Made by a program: the position numbers and the translations under genes. From NCBI GenBank assembly GCA_964036045.1, contig OZ038378.1:7440001-7504000 (forward strand): a stretch of DNA of 64,000 nucleotides, read 5' to 3'. This DNA comes from Eutreptiella sp. 'Long Island Sound 2002'. Its lineage: Eukaryota; Protista; Euglenida. Below are positions 52,601 through 64,000 of this stretch, piece after piece. Under the pieces are notes generated by a model that was not told the origin of the DNA, did not search any database, and saw only the letters and a program-made list of their open reading frames with translations. Position 1 is the first letter of the stretch, and every line of letters starts with the position of its first letter.

Positions 52601-55600
52601 CGGCGCCTAAGGTCAACGCACATCCACAGCTGGCCATATGGCGGAAGGCCAGGGGGGCTGGGGGGGGGGGGGTCGCATGTCCAAACCGAGGAGGCTCCCA
52701 TGAGCGAAGAACGGGCAGGGGGGGGGGAGAGTTGCACCTTAACATCATCTCCCGCACTGCATGTTGTTTGTTGCACTGTGGCATTGTGCACTGTTGCAAG
52801 GACGCCCCTGCACAAGGGTGTCATTCGTCAGGGCTCAATATGCACCTCACAAACTCCAAAACCTACCAGTTTTACTCCAGTACGCTTGATGCAAGCGGGT
52901 CAAGGGCTTTGAAACACGAAGGAGACTCCTCCGCATTTACCGGGTCCCAGAAAGACACCGCCATGATTCGCACACCCCCATTAGGCGGGTGCATCGGTCA
53001 GATTCACATACTAATGTATGGCATCGTACACCCATCTCCACAATACCAAAGGTCGCAACAGCGTCCCGGGGAGTTTTCACTGCCCAGTCTACAGCCAAAT
53101 AACGCAGACTACATCTTAGGACTCGTGGGGGCCCCCTTGGAAGCAAAGGGCAGGGGACCATAAAATTGGAGAAAGTTTGCTGGCTGGTAGGGGGGGGGGG
53201 GGGGTGAGATCGTTCCAGTCAATCTTCAAGCCTCGTCCAGCAGGCCTGACTGATTGCTGACCGCCTCCACTGTGAGAACCTGTACATGTGAGGAATACAA
53301 CTGGGAACTATGGTCTGTTCTACTGGTGTCCGCAACAGCACGCAACGATTGCCGCATGGCAGAAAAGGGTGCAGGGAGAGTGCGCACAATGACATGTGGC
53401 ACACATCTCAGTACACACCGACATTACTGCTGACAATACTTGCGCTTGTGACACATTTCTGGGAGCGTTTGAGGAACTGCAGCGTCATGAGACATGACCG
53501 AATATCCCCTGCGCAGGATGGACAGCTGTGCTGATGCATATCACAAAGAGTCGCGCCGCTGCATCCCACATGGACAAGTACAACTGCACTTTACCAATGG
53601 AATCAACGTGAATGGTTTGAGGTTGAGATGGATGCAAAAGGGTTACACACTGATGACAAAAGGCCGTGAAAACGCTTGTTCGACACAATCTCATCAAATG
53701 AGGATTTCAAGCGCGGATATCCAAACGCATTCAGGTTGCAAACCTCAAACTCCTGCCACCCCAGTCCAAACAACCCCCCCATCCGCCTGAACACCCGCAT
53801 CAGTGTGCCCTCATGTACAGCCCATGTTGTGACAATCCCTGTGGCGTGGCGATGAAAATCATCCTCTGGAGAGGCTGGAAACCCACGCCACCAAACGCAT
53901 GAAGGGCGCTCACGTGCAACTGGAACAAGGCAACTCGCAGCGCACAGACACACGAAAGAGAAACCCGACCCACAAATGCGGCGTCTGTTGATCATCAGGC
54001 TTCGCGATGGCAAGTTTTGGCCACAGGGGAGCTGCCAGGGACCACGCCTCTAAAGGCACAATCAGGGGATTGGGCCAGTTCAGGACGTTGATGCTTTAAA
54101 AGAACACGAACCTGTCCGCCAAAAACAAAACGCCCGACCCCAAAAATGATGAATCTTTATAAGCCGCTACAATCCCGGCAGTTTGTGTCACCGGTGGCTG
54201 GACACTGTAGCGAGGGCTTGTGTAAGGGGTCCAGGGAGGCAAGGGTGGGAGGAAAGGGGGCGGGGCGTTTGCTTTTTTTGCGGGGAGGGCCCTTTGAACC
54301 CCTTTTCCAAACCCTGACCCCCTTCAGGGCTCACTTCTGGCCAAGCGGGGGATCGTGGGGTGGGAAGGGGGGCACGGTGCCCGAATACATACCCTCAAAT
54401 GATCTGAACAACGCACTGATCATTTTGAGGAACATTTTGCGGGGAAAACTTTTGAAGCAAAAAACTATTCCAGATCGCAAACATGATTTTCGAGCCCTTA
54501 CTGCTCCTCAGACTGCCCTTTCATAATTGCCCTCACGTCTGAGCCCCTTGTGCATCCGCCCTTGAAATGGCCCAAAGGATCCCGAATGATGATCCACGAT
54601 CCATGATCGTTCCCTTCATGGGCATCACAGGGCGCTGCTCATCTTCTGATTGGGATGGTAGAAACTAGGAACCCAAAGAAGAAGGACCGAGGGGACAATG
54701 CACTTGAACAAATTGCAGCCGGGGGACGAGGAATACCGTCGGCCAATTGGCACAAATCTGCTACGGCGTGACGGTCATGCTCTAACTGCTCCACTTTACA
54801 GATGTGGGTCAGCCGACTCGACATCCGCTTAGGCAATACGTCGGGGACAGTGAACACCTGCAGAGAGGAAGCACGCCACCGTCGTTTGTGCACGCGCCGT
54901 GTCCCTCCACCACAGCGCCAGTCAAGTAGCTCAATAACGGTGCCCCATCAATGGTTGACAGAACACGAGGGGCAGAATGGCCAGAAATCATTGACGGAAA
55001 CCCTGCCACAGACGTAGTCAGCCCTGAATTTATCAGTGATGCAAAGACGCCCCCTTCTTGAGGGCGATCCATTAGAAACGGAGCAAGGCACGGGGAGTGA
55101 ACCAATGATTTGCTTGAGCGGGGGTGGGTAGGGGTTCTGGGGGTCGGGGGGGATCTCCTCCTTCCATTTTTTCGATTCAAGCAGAAGGTTGGGGTGAACC
55201 ACAAAGAGGAACACATCCCCGTGCCACAGTGCAAGAGATGGAGTTCGGGGATGAGGGAGGAACGGAGGTACCACAGCTCGCATTTGCAGCGGTCAATAAC
55301 CAATGGGACCCATACCCCCGCTGGCCGCAGGCCTCAGTTTCGGCCGTGGGGGCCCCCCTTGGAAGCAAAGGGCAGGGGACCATAAAATTGGAGAAAGTTT
55401 GCTGGCTGGTACGGGGGGGGGGGGATGAGATCGTTCCAGTCAATGTTCAAGCCTCGTCCAGCAGGCCTGACTGATTGCTGACCGCCTCCACTGTGAGAAC
55501 CTGAGCCAAGGTTCGCGTGCAGACCTGAGTCACCAAGTGACAGGTCTCCCCCTTTGCTTGATACTTGACACGCGGCCTTCACACCACATCCAGCCGCTAT

Positions 55601-58600
55601 GCACGCTACAACATAATGGTGCTTTTTGCTGGTGCCATGGGTTGCAGGAGCAATGAACACTTCTGCATGGTGCCGCTCCGCAACGAGAGCGCAAATCAAT
55701 GATATCAGGCACTGGGCCCCTGTCAGGGGAAACAGGTCCGCTTGGTGTGCCTCGGGGTTTGCTGCTGATCGCCGGGGCCTTCAGGTAGGGCTCTGGGCTT
55801 TGGGCTCTCCCTTTCTGCTGGGGCCTATGACGCCGCTTTCGGGAGAGCTGGGGTACATCGTAATTGGGTATGCACTGCACTTGGTATTGCCCCTCCCCCC
55901 CCCCACCTGATCAACATCAAGACCCCTCCCAACCGGTCCTCCGTTGCCCATCCGCGCGCGGCCCATCCCACACCATTCACACCTTTGATACAGCCTTCAG
56001 CTCCCTCAGTGCAGGTGCGTGGGGGTTGTTGCAGATGCATATGACTGGCCGCAGGAGCGGAGGCAAACCCTACAGAGGGCCAGCACATGGAGACTGCACA
56101 GCGCACCGACACAGCGAGAAGAGGTCAGCAATGCACAAATAAATCTAAGCACCTGTCCAGCCCCAGCCCAAGCCCCAGCCCCAGCCCTTGTTGTTACCCC
56201 AAATTCGGATCATGCCAGTCGTCCCCATTGCCAGCCACCACACAAAAATCAGGGAGCAAACATATGCGCAGCACCTTCTTCGCCTTTTTTGACGGTGCTG
56301 GATGAGCGCTGTCCTCCATTTCTTCATCATCCGCAGGTTCACCTCCTTCGCGTCGACCTTTACCTGCAACACACAAGCATCCCCTGAAATACGTGGGATT
56401 CTCCAAAAAGCTTGCATGGTGCAAGATTCGCTTGAAAGATATCCCGGCACTCCATATGGCTGCACACAGTGCACACCACCTATCCAAACACACAGAGGGG
56501 GTGAAAGATGCCTACTGAAGCACAACCAGGGTTCTTGCTGCCACGCCATGCCATTCAACAACAACGTGTCCCAATGTACATGTTGTGGGACCAGCAGGAC
56601 AACCAATTTGCCATGTTGTGCTCCGTGGCATCTCCTGTGGGTGCCCTCTCCAGGCGAAAATGTAACCCATGTATGGAAAAAAATGTACCCTGTGTACTTT
56701 TTTTGCTTTTATGTAACCCACATATGGAAAGAGTAAGGGGAAAAAAGACTTTTTTGTTTTTATGTAACCCGCATACACTCTTTTTTCGATGTAACCCGTG
56801 TACACTTTTTCGTTTTCTAGGAAAGAAGGAGGACAACAAGAACAGCCCAACAACAGCCATTGCTACCGGAGGAGGTGAAGCATATAGCCCCCACAGACAG
56901 TTTGGGTGCTTCCAAGCATGGGTAAAGCAATGGAGCCGTGGCATGGAAGGTGACTTGCATGGGAATTATTACTCATCACCCGAAGATGGTGGAAATAGAT
57001 AAATAATGTTGGAACAACACCAAGGGTGCATGCAACACTACAAGGAGTTGTAGAATACCCTCTTGTAGATGAGCTGAGACTTGGTGTCCGCACACTTAGT
57101 AGAGTTAGGCTTGGCACCAGGACTTGGGTTCCGTGCACAAGCATTATAAATATTGTTTTTGAGTTGCAGCTTCAGCTCGCACAGCTTGCGCCTTTAGGAT
57201 AGGCCTCGGGGACCGTGAACCACTCTCCACGGATCTTTGGCCGTTGAAGGGTATCTTTCGCATCGGCTGCATTCAACCTGCCTAAGGAGGAGGGGGTTTG
57301 ATCCTGAGGCTCGGAGGCTTGAACACCTTCAAGAGGCTCGACAACAGTATCCTCCACTTGTGCCACCGAAGTAGAGGGGGGCCCTGCGAGAGTGGCGGGG
57401 GTGGCCCCAATAGCGCCTGGAGGCCCAGAAACGGTATCCCCCACCTGTGAAGCTAAAATGCGCCTACTACCACGTGTCTAGCAAGCTAGCAGGTGTCATA
57501 CCAACCCAGAGCGGAGACAAGGGTGCTTGGCCGCCAATCCACACAAGTGCAGGAGTTGCTACACAAAGTGAAACAACTATCGGCGGAAGTGGCAGATGCC
57601 CGCAAGGTCTGCCCTCGCCCCTACCTACTCCGTCCCAAAGGGGCACTGGCAAGGGCCGCCCGGTGCGCATTAGCAACACTTGGCCAACAACGGCAAACTA
57701 CTAGACTACAACATGCACAATATACCATGCACTCGGCAGATCCTACTGGTCTGGTTCGCTTTTTATTTTGGGCCATGTGGGTTCGCAACGTCTAAACCAA
57801 AACCAACCCAATTTGTTACATTACCTTCCCACTTTGGGCCCTTGGGGACACCCATGGGGAGCAGTCTGTACATCACCGAGCACTTGCCATATTTCTGCTG
57901 TTGTGAGCCCAGCATTTGAACATCATGCCCAAGTGCAATGCACAAGAGGAATGGTTGTGCCACAGTCTGCTGTAACCCGTGTACTTGTTTTTGCCGTAAC
58001 CCATGGATGGAAAAAAGTGTGACCCATGTAACCTGCTTATTTTACACGCGGGTTACACCAAAAACATAAAAAACATGGGTTACACTTTTTTCCAATACGC
58101 GGGTTACACCCAAAAAAAAATACCCGGGTTACACTTTTTTCTAGACCCGGGTTACATAAAAAAAAATACACGAGTTACACTTTTTTTTCAATATGCGGGT
58201 TGCACCCCAAAAAAAACTGCCTGTGGGTTACACAAAAAAAATTGCACAGGTTATGCTTTTTTCCATACGTGGGTTTATGTGAAAACTCATGTCCCTATTT
58301 CTTCCCCTTGTTTGGGGACCACCAAGAAGGCAGGGGTTATGTAACCATTGCCCAATATTGGGCCCCCAAGATGGCAGGGTGCGGTACCCTCTTCTGATTT
58401 TCATCCCTGCACTGAGCGTTGGGGTTGCCCCTCAAGTTGGGGTGATGGACTCCCATGCTTCAGTGTGGCCCCTTGAGTTGGAGTGATGGACTCCCACGCT
58501 TGGAAACTCCGTCTTCCACCTTTGCCGGAAGGTTTCATCAAACAAGCCATGGGCATCACCAATGTGGAACATGCCGTCCAACCCCTTGGCGACATCCCTC

Positions 58601-59248
58601 AAAATGATTGGAGTGAGGAGGTCTCTTGTTGGAGATCAGGAGAATTTCCTCTAACCATTGGTACCACCTCCGAAGAGCTGTCCACCGCCGTGTGTGGCGG
58701 CCCCTCCGTCTACCAGCGCAGCCCCGCATGCTGTTCGAGGGGCTACTGCAAGACGTGTGTGGGGCTTTTGGGTTTTGGAATGATTCTGGTCGATTGTGTG
58801 CATCGATGAATGGCCTGCATTGGTCACAACCTTTTGCCTTTACACGTAGGCCATTTCTTGCCTTCGCTCAACATGCGCACTTCAGGGCAAGGCCAACCCA
58901 TAATCCAGGCAATGCTTCCAGATGAGTGATGGAAACTCAACGCAGACGAAAACGTTCACCCGTTGAGCATTAGCACAACTGACACCGGGCAGGCGACCAG
59001 GAGGGAGGATAGATAGCAGTCAAAACACAAAGAATAGGTGATTGGCGGCTGGTATCAGCACCAAGCAACCAACCAGAACCCACTATGTGCACCACTTTTG
59101 ACCAATGAATACTCGTTGGACTTCCAGGCATGTCGGGTCAAGCAAAAAGTGGGGCATGGGACAGAACCTGTCATGACCTGCGCCATTTTGACCAACATTT
59201 GAATGGCGGACTGTTGGTCTCTAGAAACCGCTACCCCATCGATTTCAT
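40691..59248 (-). CDS. CTF18: Chromosome transmission fidelity protein 18 (RFC-like clamp loader large subunit), 5'-incomplete multi-exon gene
   Basis: Phase-compatible GT-AG exons: 59168-59248 (DEIDG Walker B), 56275-56363, 55983-56069 (LLRPVICICNN), 54737-54857 (RLTHICKVE), 53419-53508 (GDIRSCLMTLQF), 52102-52214 (GIKDQ..LFPIWEDIF), 51247-51416 (EGCFEHYL), 50909-51050 (LEYP), 49850-50035 (EVLSFLLRIINPKL), 48330-48399, 46416-46519, about 45009/45018-45072 (LLAREI), 44492-44657 (KRDFFGR), 40691-40802 (YQEGYTNAIRRPVNLQDFL*). Tentative extra exon 59758-59790 (NALDNQGVL). Walker A and N-terminus not found in the window. Confidence 0.9.
41767..41960 (-). pseudogene. hAT transposase C-terminal dimerisation-domain remnant in a CTF18 intron
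   Basis: VERAFSLLGHILTHDRLNMSNETLQHLAIMYVN fits the hAT ERxFS..R..L..N pattern; upstream frame is broken. Confidence 0.55.
46654..47285. repeat. About 10-bp minisatellite (GGGTTGTAGA/GGATTGTAGA) in a CTF18 intron
   Basis: Tandem degenerate units; a second, more decayed patch lies at about 47735-47925. Confidence 0.9.
53124..53282. repeat. About 160-bp interspersed repeat, copy 1
   Basis: Near-identical to 55345-55503 (GGGGCCCCCTTGGAAGCAAAGGGCAGGGGACC...GAGAACCTG). Confidence 0.9.
55345..55503. repeat. About 160-bp interspersed repeat, copy 2
   Basis: Near-identical to 53124-53282; lies in a different CTF18 intron. Confidence 0.9.
56660..58290 (-). mobile_element. Internally deleted element with TGTAACCC/GGGTTACA subterminal arrays, homologous to the Ulp1 element at 61.4-63.3 kb
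   Basis: Arrays at 56660-56795 and 57970-58275. Segment 56845-56950 aligns with 61715-61820. Minus-strand remnant VPEAYPKGA..NACARN..DTKSQLIYKRVF* (about 57038-57250, frameshifted) matches the C-terminus of ORF 62057-63301. Confidence 0.7.
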
Positions 59249-61461
59249 CTGCAAATAAATCACAAATGGGGGTCTAAAAGGGTGAAGCAGAACGGGTGGC
59301 ACCGCACACCTGATTTGACATCGCGGGCACAATCTTTGATGGAAAGCAGGCGTTTTGATGCAAAAAGTAGGGGAAGCAACTTGTGCAAGCAAGAAGGGGC
59401 AAAACATGTTGCTTCACCACAGGCACTGGAGGCATCAGAACAGTGAAAATTCTCATGATTGGAAGAGGAGGACAGGCGGAAGCGATGTCTAGGGACTTTT
59501 GGAGTCTAAGATGACGGAATGGGGTTGTGATGGGGTTGTTGTGGAAGACCTGGGGGAATCTGCAAGTGGGAAAGCTTTACAAAGGTTGGTAGACAACAAC
59601 CATTGAAAAACAGATTGTGGGATGTGTTGCAAAATGCATCAATACTGGCCCTCTCTGACAGACTCCAATGACCCCTCCCCAGCCATTGGCTGGAGTCAGT
59701 TTGGACGACGGCTCAGGCAATCCCAACTGCTGTTTCTTTATAATCAAATATTGGTACGTAGTCAGCACCCCCTGGTTGTCAAGGGCGTTCCTTGGTGTAG
59801 AAAGAAAAACAAGTAGAAGCTTCATGACCACCACACCCTGACATCCGTGGTTTTTGCAATACATGGGGGATATTCTGGCTCAGACAGGACACCAATAACC
59901 CCCTAACCTTTTGGGCTCTGTGGAGGGGCGGGGGGTCCTTGGGGGGCCAGGGGGCCGCCGGGCAGGGGTCCTGGGTACCCCAACATGTATACCTCAAAAT
60001 GACCCCCTCTTTGCACCGATCATTTTGAACACACATATGTGGGGTTTTTGAAAAAAAAAATTTCACCCTCTGGGGGGTCCAATCCTAGCAGCCAGATTTG
60101 GGGGGGGGCTGGATGGGGGAGGTCAGGGGTCAGAAAAAAAAATTCACATTTTGCATACATGGATACTTGGATTCCCCATAAAAATTCCGAGCATTTGGAG
60201 TATACACACACGAGGTAAGAATGAAATTTTACCCCCCACCGTATGTCAAAAAAATTTTCGGGGCCTTCGGCGCCAAGTTTGGGCCAAATGTGGTCTGGAC
60301 GTCGTCAACTTTTTGGACGTCCTGGGGTTGGTGTCAGGGTCTGAGCCTGGCCACCCCCTGTGTTGCAATATGATGGAAGGAACGGCCAAGGCATCAGTGC
60401 ACAAAATCTTGCCAAGCAGGCTTCGAGCATCTTTCGACTGTCAAAACCAATCCCCGTGCTGGACGTTGCGTACGCCTATGCCAATAGAATGGTTTTTGCG
60501 CACCACAGGGTAAAGGTAGTGTGCTGAGTTGTGAGATTTGCAGGCACTTGAATGAGCACCAGGCACCATACCCGCTATTTCTGGGCACCAGAAACACCAT
60601 GTATGAAGAAAATAGGCCAATGTGGCCAAAGGACCAATGGAACATCAAAGAATGGCAAATGGCAAAAACGATGTCCAGCTGGATGGCAAAAATGGCAAAA
60701 TGGCAAAACAAGGGTGTACTTAGAGGGTTTTTCTTAATCATGGGGGTGGGGGGGGTGATTTGAGGGACCCACCCACCCAGATTTTTGGCAAACCCACAGA
60801 CCCACCAAAGTCCCACCGCCACAGGGGGGGGGGGGGGGGGCTGTTGGACACCCACCCGCCCAACTACCATAGGCAAAACGCCTTGACCAAAGTGACCCAA
60901 AGCTGACCCAAAGTCCCCCAAAATGGCCTACCCTGGGTGTGACCTAATTAAAAACAGACAAATGCAAAGGGGGAGGGGGGGGGGGGGGTTGGAAACCCAC
61001 CCACCCAGAAATTCTGACAAACCCACCCACCCACCCAGCCCCCGTAGGGTAGGACACACACTAAGAAGAACCCTGGTGCACTGGTGTACTGGTGTACCTT
61101 GGTGTCTTCTTATCTGTGTGGAACTACAAGAATAATAACCCAAATTGCGTGCCATCGGGTGTGCTGCACGAAAAGCCTCGTTGTTGCAGTGAGTTGGCTG
61201 ATTTTGCAGCAAGTAATGCCACAACTACATGGCAGTGTTGCTGCCAGCAAAATCAAGACTAATGTTGGCGTTGGGCGCGGGGAAAGGGTCAATATAGCAT
61301 CAATTGAGCTCAAATTGTGGGTGCCTAGAGCAATGTAGCCACCCCCCCCTTCCAGTTTGAAAAATGTAGCATTCCAGCTAGTCCGTTCCAGCATCCAAAA
61401 AAGACTCCCTCGCCAGACAAATTGCAAGAGGTTGGGGTTAATTGGCTAGTGGGAGGGAGGA

Positions 61462-61670
61462 AAGCGTAACTCGATTGTGGAAATAAGCGTAAGTCGCTTT
61501 TTTATTTTTTTTTTTGGCGTAAGTCGCGTAACTTTTTTTTTTTTTGGCGTAAGTCGCGTAAACTTTTTTTTTTTTTGGCGTAAGTCGCGTTTTTTTTTTT
61601 CGACGGAATTTTTTTTTTTTTGGTGTAAGTCGCGTAAACTTTTTTTTTTTTGGCGTAAGTCGCGTATGGG
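61462..61670. repeat. Subterminal array GGCGTAAGTCGCGTA spaced by poly-T
   Basis: Several copies; the same block restarts at 63875 (offset 2413 bp) and runs off the window end. Confidence 0.9.
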
Positions 61671-62056
61671 AAAAAAAAACCCATTTTTCCAAAAAAAAGG
61701 CGGGGAAACACAAGAACCACCCAACAACCGCCATTGCTACCGGAGGAGGTGAAGCATATAGCCCCCACGGACATTTTGGGTACCTCCGGCACGGGTAAAG
61801 CAATGGAGCCGTGGCGTGAAGGGTGGTTTTTATACTCATCGCCGAATGGCGGCGGAAATAACGTGCGGCACATGGCGGAATCATGACCGCGAACAAAAAA
61901 TGCAATTTGCCCTTCGGCCTTTGGCAAGCGGTATCAAAATGACTATATTGCTGCCGGCGCCACCGGCTACGAAGCTCAAGCCAGTGATACCACCTGAGTC
62001 CGGTCACCTGGGGCGAACTACATTCTTCGCATGCAACCATAATGGCATGGGGCCAA

Positions 62057-63301
62057 CTACAAGAAGTCGCCAAACACACGCTTGTAGATCAAATCAGACT
62101 TTGTGTCCGATGCCTTCGGCTTTGCACGCGGATTTGTGTTCCGCGCACAAGCGTTACGGATGTCCTTCACAAGCATCTCTTCCAGTTCTCGAATAAATTG
62201 TCTGTCGTTCACCAACCGACCCTCTGCGCCCTTTGGGTACGCCTCGGGCACCTTGAAAAAGTTCCGACAGATGAACACGGATGGACGGGCATCATCACTT
62301 GTGGGGGGGTTAGAAGAGGAAGTGGACTGCGGGGTTTGTGGAGGGGCCTTAACATTGCCCTTCACTGACTTCCCATCTTGGGCCACGTCCTCGGGGTTGG
62401 AGGCCGGGAAGGCAGGGAAATCTCCCACCTTTGGCTCCGAGGAGGAGGCAGCAATGTTGCCCTGGGGTTCCGAAAGAGGATCCTCTTCATCGAAAAGGAG
62501 GGGGGAAGTAGATGGGGGCAGGGACTCAGGGTTGGAGGCTGGAGGAGAAGGAGATTCTCCGGGCTTCCAGCAAGTCAACTCCTTTTCCCACCCATTCTCC
62601 GGGATGGTGCCGGGGACTCGGACGGAGCGATCTGCATTGATGATGCGCAGTGCTTCATTGATGAATCCTTTCGGCAAACGTGTAACAACAACATCGTCCA
62701 GGCTTCCCCTGTGGTTGGCCACCTCATCACAAAGATGCAGCGATTGATAGCCACATGACCAACCATCCTCTTGAAAACCCAAAGCCCGAGCATGTGCGGC
62801 AACACCCTTTGACTGGAGGCGCTTCAACATTGGCCGGACCAAAGAAGTACCACAAAGTGGCTCCCAAATGTGGACTTTGAAGGCCCATACTGGGACTTTG
62901 CAGTCGAAGGCACAAAGAAACCAATGGAGCCCTTCGCGAGTGTCACTATTAACAATAAATATGTGGCGCCGCCTCCAAGCCAAACGAACGTTTTTATGGT
63001 TGTTGCCCTTACTGTCTTCGTACTTCCTCATCCTATTCAGGCAGAACGCAATGTATGTCACCGCCAAAGTCCATGCCTGTGGCTCCTGGACCTCATTGTG
63101 GTACAACATGTCGTTCTGCCACGCAACAATGTCCTTGTCGCTTAACCAATCTCCCACAACAAGAGGCTTGGTTTCACCGACGGGCGTCCGGCGGGTCGCC
63201 ATCCGTGCTGGAGCCACAGGGATAGCAGTATCCTCCTCCTCGGAAATGCCGGCCATCAACGGCTTGGCTACGTTAGAGGGAGGAGCAAGGACAGGCACCA
63301 C
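62057..63301 (-). CDS. Transposon-associated Ulp1/SENP-like (C48) cysteine peptidase ORF, 5'-truncated or spliced
   Basis: WLSDKDI, HWFLCAFD, IWEPL, GFQEDGWSCG give the His-(Asp/Glu)-Gln-Cys arrangement of C48 peptidases. Frame is open only to 63343; no clear ATG start. Confidence 0.7.
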   Translation of the reverse strand: MVPVLAPPSNVAKPLMAGISEEEDTAIPVAPARMATRRTPVGETKPLVVGDWLSDKDIVAWQNDMLYHNEVQEPQAWTLAVTYIAFCLNRMRKYEDSKGNNHKNVRLAWRRRHIFIVNSDTREGLHWFLCAFDCKVPVWAFKVHIWEPLCGTSLVRPMLKRLQSKGVAAHARALGFQEDGWSCGYQSLHLCDEVANHRGSLDDVVVTRLPKGFINEALRIINADRSVRVPGTIPENGWEKELTCWKPGESPSPPASNPESLPPSTSPLLFDEEDPLSEPQGNIAASSSEPKVGDFPAFPASNPEDVAQDGKSVKGNVKAPPQTPQSTSSSNPPTSDDARPSVFICRNFFKVPEAYPKGAEGRLVNDRQFIRELEEMLVKDIRNACARNTNPRAKPKASDTKSDLIYKRVFGDFL

Positions 63302-63360
63302 AGCATCTTGCTCTGGAGTGGCTAATTTGAAAGCTCGCTCACCCTACCAGCTAGTACGAA

Positions 63361-63877
63361 TCAGAAGTGGCCCACAAGTGGGCAAAATGGCTACCTCACC
63401 CCTGCCGTATCGGGGATCCCCACCGCTTCAGAGCGGGGGGCAGAATCAGAAGTGGCCCACAAGTGGGCAAAGTGGCTACCTCACCCCTGCCGTATCGGGG
63501 ATCCCCACCGCTTCAGAGCGGGGGGCAGAATCAGAAGTGGCCCACAAGTGGGCAAAATGGCTACCTCACCCCTGCCATATCGGGGATCCCCACCGCTTCA
63601 GAGCGGGGGGCAGAATCAGAAGTGGCCCACAAGTGGGCAAAGTGGCTACCTCACCCCTGCCGTATCGGGGATCCCCACCGCTTCAGAGCGGGGGGCAGAA
63701 TCAGAAGTGGCCCACAAGTGGGCAAAGTGGCTACCTCACCCCTGCCGTATCGGGGATCCCCACCGCTTCAGAGCGGGGGGCAGAATCAGAAGTGGCCCAC
63801 AAGTGGGCAAAATGGCTACCTCACCCCTGCCGTATCGGGGATCCCCAGCGCTTCAGAGCGGGGGGCAAAATCAGAAG
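63361..63877. repeat. 85-bp tandem satellite, 6 units plus 7 bp
   Basis: Unit starts TCAGAAGTGG at 63361, 63446, 63531, 63616, 63701, 63786 and 63871. Degenerate relatives at about 48920-49010 and 58330-58410. Confidence 0.95.
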
Positions 63878-64000
63878 CGTAACTCGATTGTGGAAATGAG
63901 CGTAAGTCGCTTTTTTATTTTTTTTTTTGGCGTAAGTCGCGTAACTTTTTTTTTTTTTGGCGTAAGTCGCGTAAACTTTTTTTTTTTTGGCGTAAGTCGC
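63875..64000. repeat. Second copy of the GGCGTAAGTCGCGTA/poly-T terminal array
   Basis: Direct repeat of 61462 onwards, truncated by the window end. Confidence 0.9.

Noticed and set aside
62868-63899. 343-aa and 171-aa ORFs, and a CRISPR-like reading of the 85-bp array
   Set aside because: Translated tandem repeat. Units are contiguous and near-identical with no unique spacers, and there are no cas genes.
1-64000. rRNA, tRNA genes, telomeric arrays
   Set aside because: None recognised; the TTAGG in the nested TIR and the GGGTTGTA repeats are not telomeric arrays.

Overview
Eukaryotic (protist-like, possibly euglenid; taxon not established) repeat-rich nuclear DNA. Host genes, both on the minus strand with GT-AG introns: a 3-exon Kelch-repeat + SOCS/BC-box-like gene (5826-7432) and the 3' part of a CTF18 (RFC-like clamp loader) gene over at least 14-15 exons (40691 to about 59790). 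Mobile DNA: a 2.9 kb Mutator-like TIR element with cargo ORF and minisatellite (7732-10603); two young, divergent Ty3/Gypsy chromodomain LTR retrotransposons (10981-21638 and 23540-35413); a 1.7 kb TIR element with a 5-bp TSD nested in the gag of the second; Ulp1-protease-bearing elements with subterminal motif arrays (56.6-58.3 kb, 61.4-64 kb); and several satellites. Main discovery: both LTR elements carry a Dam-like N6-adenine methyltransferase domain inside Pol between protease and RT (NPPF in one, degenerate HPPQ in the other), plus a C-terminal chromodomain, and both join gag to pol through one in-frame UAG (readthrough-type arrangement).
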